Positions 60,575 to 64,000 of a DNA stretch of 64,000 bases are shown piece by piece. The DNA comes from an uncultured Candidatus Rokubacteria bacterium. Lineage in GTDB: Bacteria > Methylomirabilota > Methylomirabilia > Rokubacteriales > CSP1-6. Below the pieces are notes generated by a model that worked only from the letters and a program-made list of their open reading frames with translations, did no database searches and was not told where the DNA came from. Every line of letters starts with the position of its first letter. Position 1 is the stretch's first letter. The DNA is taken from the NCBI GenBank assembly GCA_963762145.1, contig CAVXJS010000014.1, positions 480,001 to 544,000 on the forward strand, written 5' to 3'. A program made the position numbers and the translations under genes.

Positions 60575-61036
60575 CTAGAGGGGAATCGCGAGCAGCGTGT
60601 CCACGCGGCTGCTATCGCAGACCACGAGCCGCTCGCGGAAGCGCAGGGCCCCGCCCTCGTCCACCATGGTATCCACGTAGCGGCCGGTGGCGAAGAGGGC
60701 CATGCTGCCGTCGCGCATCACGCGCACCACCAGGAACGGTGTCTCCGCGTGGACCGCGCCGCCGGCGCCCGCGCGGATGGCGGGGAGGCCGACCAGGTGC
60801 CGGTAGGCCTGCCGCTCGTAGATGTTGGCCTCGCGCAGGGCGGTGACGCGGTCCTTCAGCATGCCGCGGGAGTCGGCGTAGACGAGGCCGGCGGGCAGGC
60901 CGCGCCGGTAGTTGTCCGCCGAGGTGATCTTGTAGACGCAGGGGTCGGTGAAGAAGTCCGGCCAGCTCTCGAGGCGGTCGTCGTCGATGGCCCGCGCGTA
61001 CTCCGCGTTGAGCTGGGAGACGCGCTCGGCCAGCAT
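60575..61036 (-). CDS. Ring-hydroxylating dioxygenase beta subunit (TphA3/NagH-like)
   Basis: YARAIDDDRLESWPDFF, MLKDRV, DTLLAIPL. Confidence 0.9.
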   Translation of the reverse strand: MLAERVSQLNAEYARAIDDDRLESWPDFFTDPCVYKITSADNYRRGLPAGLVYADSRGMLKDRVTALREANIYERQAYRHLVGLPAIRAGAGGAVHAETPFLVVRVMRDGSMALFATGRYVDTMVDEGGALRFRERLVVCDSSRVDTLLAIPL

Positions 61037-61037
61037 G

Positions 61038-62279
61038 CTAGTCGGCCATGTACCGCCGGTACGCCTTCCAGAAGCCGCGCACCGACGCCTCGGTGGCGCG
61101 CGTCTCCTGCGACTCGGCGCCCTCGCCGCCCATGTTGACGACCGAGACCTCGTCGCCCGCCGCCGCGACCCCGCGCTGCACGAAGCCGCCCACGCAGCCG
61201 TCCTCCATCGAGACGTAGCCCGCGGGCCCGACCAGGTTCGACTGCTTCATGCGGCGGCGCTGCATGTCCGCGTCGTCGTCGGCGAAGCCGAGATAGGTCC
61301 AGTGCAGCTCCATCGCACCCGGCCCGCGGGGCAACACCTGCCGCACCGCGAGGGAGTTGTGGATCTGCTGGAGGACGAAGTTCGGGAAGACGGTCAGGAT
61401 CTGGAGCTGGATGTCGTCGCCGAACTCGTTGACCGCGTCCAGCAGGCTCGGATCGGCCAGGCGGTAGTTCTGGTGCTCGGAGCGGATGCCCTGGTCGCGA
61501 TAGGCGGTGCTGTGGGCGTCGTCCGCGCGCTGGATGGTATAGCTGGCGTGATGGCCGCCGTCGGGGCTCACCAGAATCCCACCACCCTGGGTGAGCCGAG
61601 TGATTCTGAACGTCCCGAAGAAGGTGTGGAGCAGGCTCGCGTGGTAGGTGTCCTTCACGTTCTCCACGTAGAGCTTCCAGTTGTTGGGCAGGGCCTGGGT
61701 GAAGCGACCCATCACCCGCGCTTCCTTGTGCAGCACGCGCTGGAGCCGGCCCAGCACCTCGGCGCCCAGGTACTCCTCGATGGGCGGCGTGTCGGGCGAC
61801 AGCGTCGCGAAGACGAGCCCGGCCAGCACGGTGGTCCGCAGCCGGCGCGGCCCGTGGTCCGCCTTGCAGAAGGACGCGGGCATGCCGCCCTTGCCGTTGC
61901 TGCCCTTCTCGAACGCGATGCCGACCAGGCCGCCGGTGAGATCGTAGGTCCACGCGTGGTACACGCACTGGAAGTGGCTGCCGGTGGAGCCACTGTCGTC
62001 CAGCGCGATCAGCGCGCCGCGGTGGGCGCAGCGGTTCTCGAAGGCGTGGACTTCGCCCTGCGCGCCCCGCACCGCGATGACCGGCATCTCGCCGAGGAAG
62101 CTCGTCCGATAGTCACCCGGCTTCGGGAGGTCGGAGGCGAGGCAGAGGTAGTTCCAGACCGGGCCCTCGAAGATGCGGCGCAGCTCGGCGCGGTAGTTCT
62201 CCTCGTCCTGGTAGACCCAGTACGGCACGCGCGCCAATGACGCGCCCGGCCATTCGTGGCGCGAGCCCCGGTCTGTCAT
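61038..62279 (-). CDS. tphA2: Rieske dioxygenase alpha subunit, terephthalate 1,2-dioxygenase-like
   Basis: [47 protein letters not shown] and [15 protein letters not shown] closely match Comamonas TphA2 as I recall it. Confidence 0.75.
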   Translation of the reverse strand: MTDRGSRHEWPGASLARVPYWVYQDEENYRAELRRIFEGPVWNYLCLASDLPKPGDYRTSFLGEMPVIAVRGAQGEVHAFENRCAHRGALIALDDSGSTGSHFQCVYHAWTYDLTGGLVGIAFEKGSNGKGGMPASFCKADHGPRRLRTTVLAGLVFATLSPDTPPIEEYLGAEVLGRLQRVLHKEARVMGRFTQALPNNWKLYVENVKDTYHASLLHTFFGTFRITRLTQGGGILVSPDGGHHASYTIQRADDAHSTAYRDQGIRSEHQNYRLADPSLLDAVNEFGDDIQLQILTVFPNFVLQQIHNSLAVRQVLPRGPGAMELHWTYLGFADDDADMQRRRMKQSNLVGPAGYVSMEDGCVGGFVQRGVAAAGDEVSVVNMGGEGAESQETRATEASVRGFWKAYRRYMAD

Positions 62280-62314
62280 GCGCCGGGGAGGATAGCACAG
62301 GCCCCGGCACCCCG

Positions 62315-62414
62315 CCCCTCACCACTCGACCCCTCACCCTGCCCTCTCCCCAGAGGGGAGAGGGTTCTCTGCCGACTCCCTCTCCCCTCTGGGGAGAGGG
62401 CCGGGGTGAGGGGT
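62315..62414. repeat. Inverted pair of BoxC-like elements
   Basis: CCCCTCACCCTGCCCTCTCCCCAGAGGGGAGAGGG ... CCCTCTCCCCTCTGGGGAGAGGGCCGGGGTGAGGGG. Confidence 0.9.
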
Positions 62415-62420
62415 CCCGCG

Positions 62421-63443
62421 CTACGCGAAGGCGGGCATCACCTCGCCGGCGAAGAGCTCCATGGAGCGCAGCACGCGCGCCTGGTCGAGGTCGCCGAACC
62501 AGAAGCTGCAGTTGAAGTGGGTGATGCCGACGTCCCGGCGCAGGCGCTCGATCTGGCGGATGCAGGTCTCGGGCGTGCCGATGACCAGGTAGCGGTCGAG
62601 CAGATCGTCCACGTCGGGCTCCTTCGGGGCGGGCACCGGGATCGCGCGGCCGTCCTCGACGCGCTCGTAGTGATTCCGGAGGCTGAGCGTCACGCGCATG
62701 TTCCACCGCGCCTCCTCGGCGGCGGCGCGGGCGTCCGATTCGCTCCTCGTCACGTAGACCGCGCGCTGCACGCCCACGTGGAGCGGCTGCGGCGGCTTCA
62801 CCTCGGACACCACGCGGTCGAACAGCTTCCGGAACTCGGCCATGCGCTCGACCGGGACGCCGAACCCGCCGGTGAGCACGTTGAAGCCGCGGCGCACCGC
62901 GCCCTCGACGGAGTCCGGGCTCTGCGCGGTGATCCAGATCGGCGGCCGCGGCCCTTCCATCTGCGGGAAGATCGTGGTCTCGGGAATCCGGTAGAGCTTG
63001 CCCTCGTAGCTGAACCGCCCGCCCGCGAGCGCCTTCAGGATGACGTCCACCGACTCCTCCCACCGGGCGCGCCCGCTCTCGAGCTCGAGCCCGAAGCGCT
63101 CGAACTCGTAGTGCTGGTAGCCGCGGCCGAGGCCGATGTCGAGCCGTCCCGGGGCGAGGAGCGAGAGCGTGGCGATCTCCTCCGCGACCACCAGGGGGTG
63201 GTGGAGCGGCACCACGATGACCGCGGTGCCCACCCGGATGCGGGTGGTGCGTCCCGCCAGGTAGGTGGCGAGCTGCACCGGGCGGGAGAGGTAGCCGTAG
63301 GTCGAGAAGTGGTGCTCGGCGAGCCAGATGTTGTTGAAGTTCAGGCGCTCGGCGGCCAGGGCCATCTCGACCGCGCGCGCGTAGATCTCCTTGGACGACC
63401 GGGCGGACGGCGACTGCATCAGCAGGAAGGTCCCGAAGTTCAT
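62421..63443 (-). CDS. LLM-class flavin-dependent oxidoreductase
   Basis: MNFGTF, WLAEHHF, HPLVVAEE, GLGRGY. Confidence 0.92.
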   Translation of the reverse strand: MNFGTFLLMQSPSARSSKEIYARAVEMALAAERLNFNNIWLAEHHFSTYGYLSRPVQLATYLAGRTTRIRVGTAVIVVPLHHPLVVAEEIATLSLLAPGRLDIGLGRGYQHYEFERFGLELESGRARWEESVDVILKALAGGRFSYEGKLYRIPETTIFPQMEGPRPPIWITAQSPDSVEGAVRRGFNVLTGGFGVPVERMAEFRKLFDRVVSEVKPPQPLHVGVQRAVYVTRSESDARAAAEEARWNMRVTLSLRNHYERVEDGRAIPVPAPKEPDVDDLLDRYLVIGTPETCIRQIERLRRDVGITHFNCSFWFGDLDQARVLRSMELFAGEVMPAFA

Positions 63444-63450
63444 GATGTCC

Positions 63451-64000
63451 TCATGGTAGGGCGAGGAACTGCCGGGCATTGTCCACGGTGAGCCGCTGCC
63501 GCGTGGCCGCGTCGAGCGCGAGCGCGTCCAGCGCGCTCACCGGATCGTCCACGCCCATCTTGAACGGGTAGTCGCTCCCGAGCACGATGCGCTCGGGCCC
63601 GAAGGTGTCGAGCGCGAACGCCAGCACCTTGGGCGAGAGGGTCAGCGAGTCCACCCAGACCCGCCGCGCGTAGGCGCTCGGCGGCTGGCCCAGCGCCTGC
63701 TTCGCGTCGGGGATCGCGCTCCAGCCCTGATCGAGCCGCGGCAGGATGTAGGCGAAGGCGCCGCCGCCGTGGGCGAAGCACCAGCGCACGGTGGGCCAGC
63801 GGTCGAGCACGCCGCCGAAGATCACCCGCGTCATGGCGAGCGCGGTCTCGAGGGGGAAGCCGGCGACCTGCGTCAGGTTGTTCTTGCGGAAGCGCGGATC
63901 GCCCAGGATCGGCGCTTGCGGGTGGACGAAGATCGCGACGCCGAGCGCGGCCGCCGCGTCCCACACCGGGGCCAGGCTCGGGTCGTCGAGATCGTTGCCG
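63451..64000 (-). CDS. Amidohydrolase (ACMSD-like), 5' end outside the window
   Basis: IFVHP, AHGGG, LGSDYPF. Confidence 0.88.
   Translation of the reverse strand, partial: GNDLDDPSLAPVWDAAAALGVAIFVHPQAPILGDPRFRKNNLTQVAGFPLETALAMTRVIFGGVLDRWPTVRWCFAHGGGAFAYILPRLDQGWSAIPDAKQALGQPPSAYARRVWVDSLTLSPKVLAFALDTFGPERIVLGSDYPFKMGVDDPVSALDALALDAATRQRLTVDNARQFLALP

Overview
A very GC-rich (about 70%+) bacterial chromosomal segment densely packed with small-molecule metabolism genes: SDRs, LLM monooxygenases, Rieske oxygenases, CoA ligases and hydratases, two molybdopterin oxidoreductases, orphan ABC solute-binding proteins, glgC, leuA and rhlE. The gene style and repeat families suggest Candidatus Rokubacteria/Methylomirabilota, which is my inference. 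I see no rRNA, tRNA, CRISPR, transposase or phage genes. Highlights: (1) a hidden selenoprotein, a MerB (organomercurial lyase)-like gene that the ORF track splits at an in-frame TGA lying at the second catalytic Cys position, followed 12 nt later by a textbook SECIS hairpin. (2) An ergothioneine locus with a fungal Egt1-like sulfoxide synthase, egtD coupled to an unexplained PRTase-fold gene, and an EgtUV/OsmF-like importer. (3) Three palindromic repeat families, each also found translated in-frame inside a protein. (4) A terephthalate-dioxygenase-like alpha/beta pair without its usual partners. (5) A small basic protein gene bracketed by DnaA boxes. (6) Divergent sigma54 promoters driving small proteins. 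(7) A leucine attenuator. The 9.8-13.7 kb stretch has many single-base indels that look like sequencing error. All family assignments come from motif recognition by eye, not database searches.
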